A DNA stretch of 63,022 nt, filler included, from Globobulimina sp. (lineage: Eukaryota), in assembly GCA_003354225.1 (NCBI GenBank). It is 48 parts of 48 records of this genome, joined end to end, with 100 filler letters (N's around TTAATTAATTAA, not from the genome) between each part and the next. Parts side by side here need not be neighbours in the genome. Positions count along the whole stretch, not along the records: positions 61,809 to 63,022 come from PIVH01020838.1; 47 more parts are not named here. One strand, written 5' to 3'. The first letter of the stretch is position 1. Each line of letters starts with the position of its first letter. This document shows positions 62,709-63,022 of this stretch, piece by piece. The position numbers and the translations under genes are program-made. The notes below the pieces were generated by a model. That model did no database searches. It was not told the DNA's origin and saw nothing but the letters and a program-made list of their open reading frames with translations.

Positions 62709-63022
62709 TGCATGGAAATGGTTTTGGCACATGCATTGAAGTCTTCAAGGTCAAACTGATCTCTCTTGCCGTTAAGGGACATTTGATGGGTGCCTGTCCA
62801 GTCCCCTCTTGGGTTGTAGCTGTATGTCATGTCGTAAGCGGGAGACAGGGACCATTGCCCGGCCTTGTTCATTAGAAAAGCAATATTTTTGACATGATCA
62901 TCCTGGTTTCTGGCGACGATATTGAACGCCATGCGTCGGAACTGTTCTTCAATATCCTCCATTGACAGGTCGAGTTTGCGAATAGTTTGAAAAGCCTGTT
63001 CGTAAGAGTAGGCACCGGCCTT
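62705..63022 (-). CDS. hipA: Bacterial HipA-family toxin kinase, C-terminal fragment
   Basis: YSYEQ...EQFRRMAFNIVARNQDDHVKNIAFLM...W.LSPAYD...HQMSLNGKRD; GC-richer than the flank. Confidence 0.92.

Noticed and set aside
62630-62962. HipA as part of an intact toxin-antitoxin or defence system
   Set aside because: Only a fragment broken at a probable chimeric junction; no antitoxin or neighbours are visible.

Overview
This is not one locus. It is 48 unrelated, size-sorted contigs of about 1.21 kb joined by artificial 100-nt spacers (N44-TTAATTAATTAA-N44, stops in all six frames), so adjacency across spacers means nothing. Most contigs come from an AT-rich microbial eukaryote using the standard code, with short GT-AG introns (mostly 50-110 nt). 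Its gene-family style (RING-TRAF, SPRY, SAM, F-box-like and TM-RGS proteins) suggests a foraminiferan or other rhizarian, which is inference only. A few pieces look metazoan or bacterial, and several contigs contain probable amplification or assembly chimeras. Recognisable genes include ARF, the kanadaptin C-terminus, CC2D2A/MKS6, a TLDc protein, ICMT, arginine kinase, a dual-specificity phosphatase, IMPDH, an HSPA12-like protein, HOP1/HORMAD, Spg1/Tem1, two MFS transporters and a TDP2-like protein. Mobile DNA includes RLE-type and Tx1-like LINEs, a gypsy fragment, an intron-containing DD34E transposase, a MITE and a foldback element. The most notable observations are a tRNA-Arg(ACG) gene split by a 164-nt intron, a bacterial-type sulfoacetaldehyde acetyltransferase (Xsc) in apparent host context, an adaptin-mu longin domain fused to a VWA domain, and a repeat lying upstream of and co-oriented with three unrelated genes. 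No multi-gene system can be established from 1.2-kb fragments. All homology calls are from motif recognition, not database searches.
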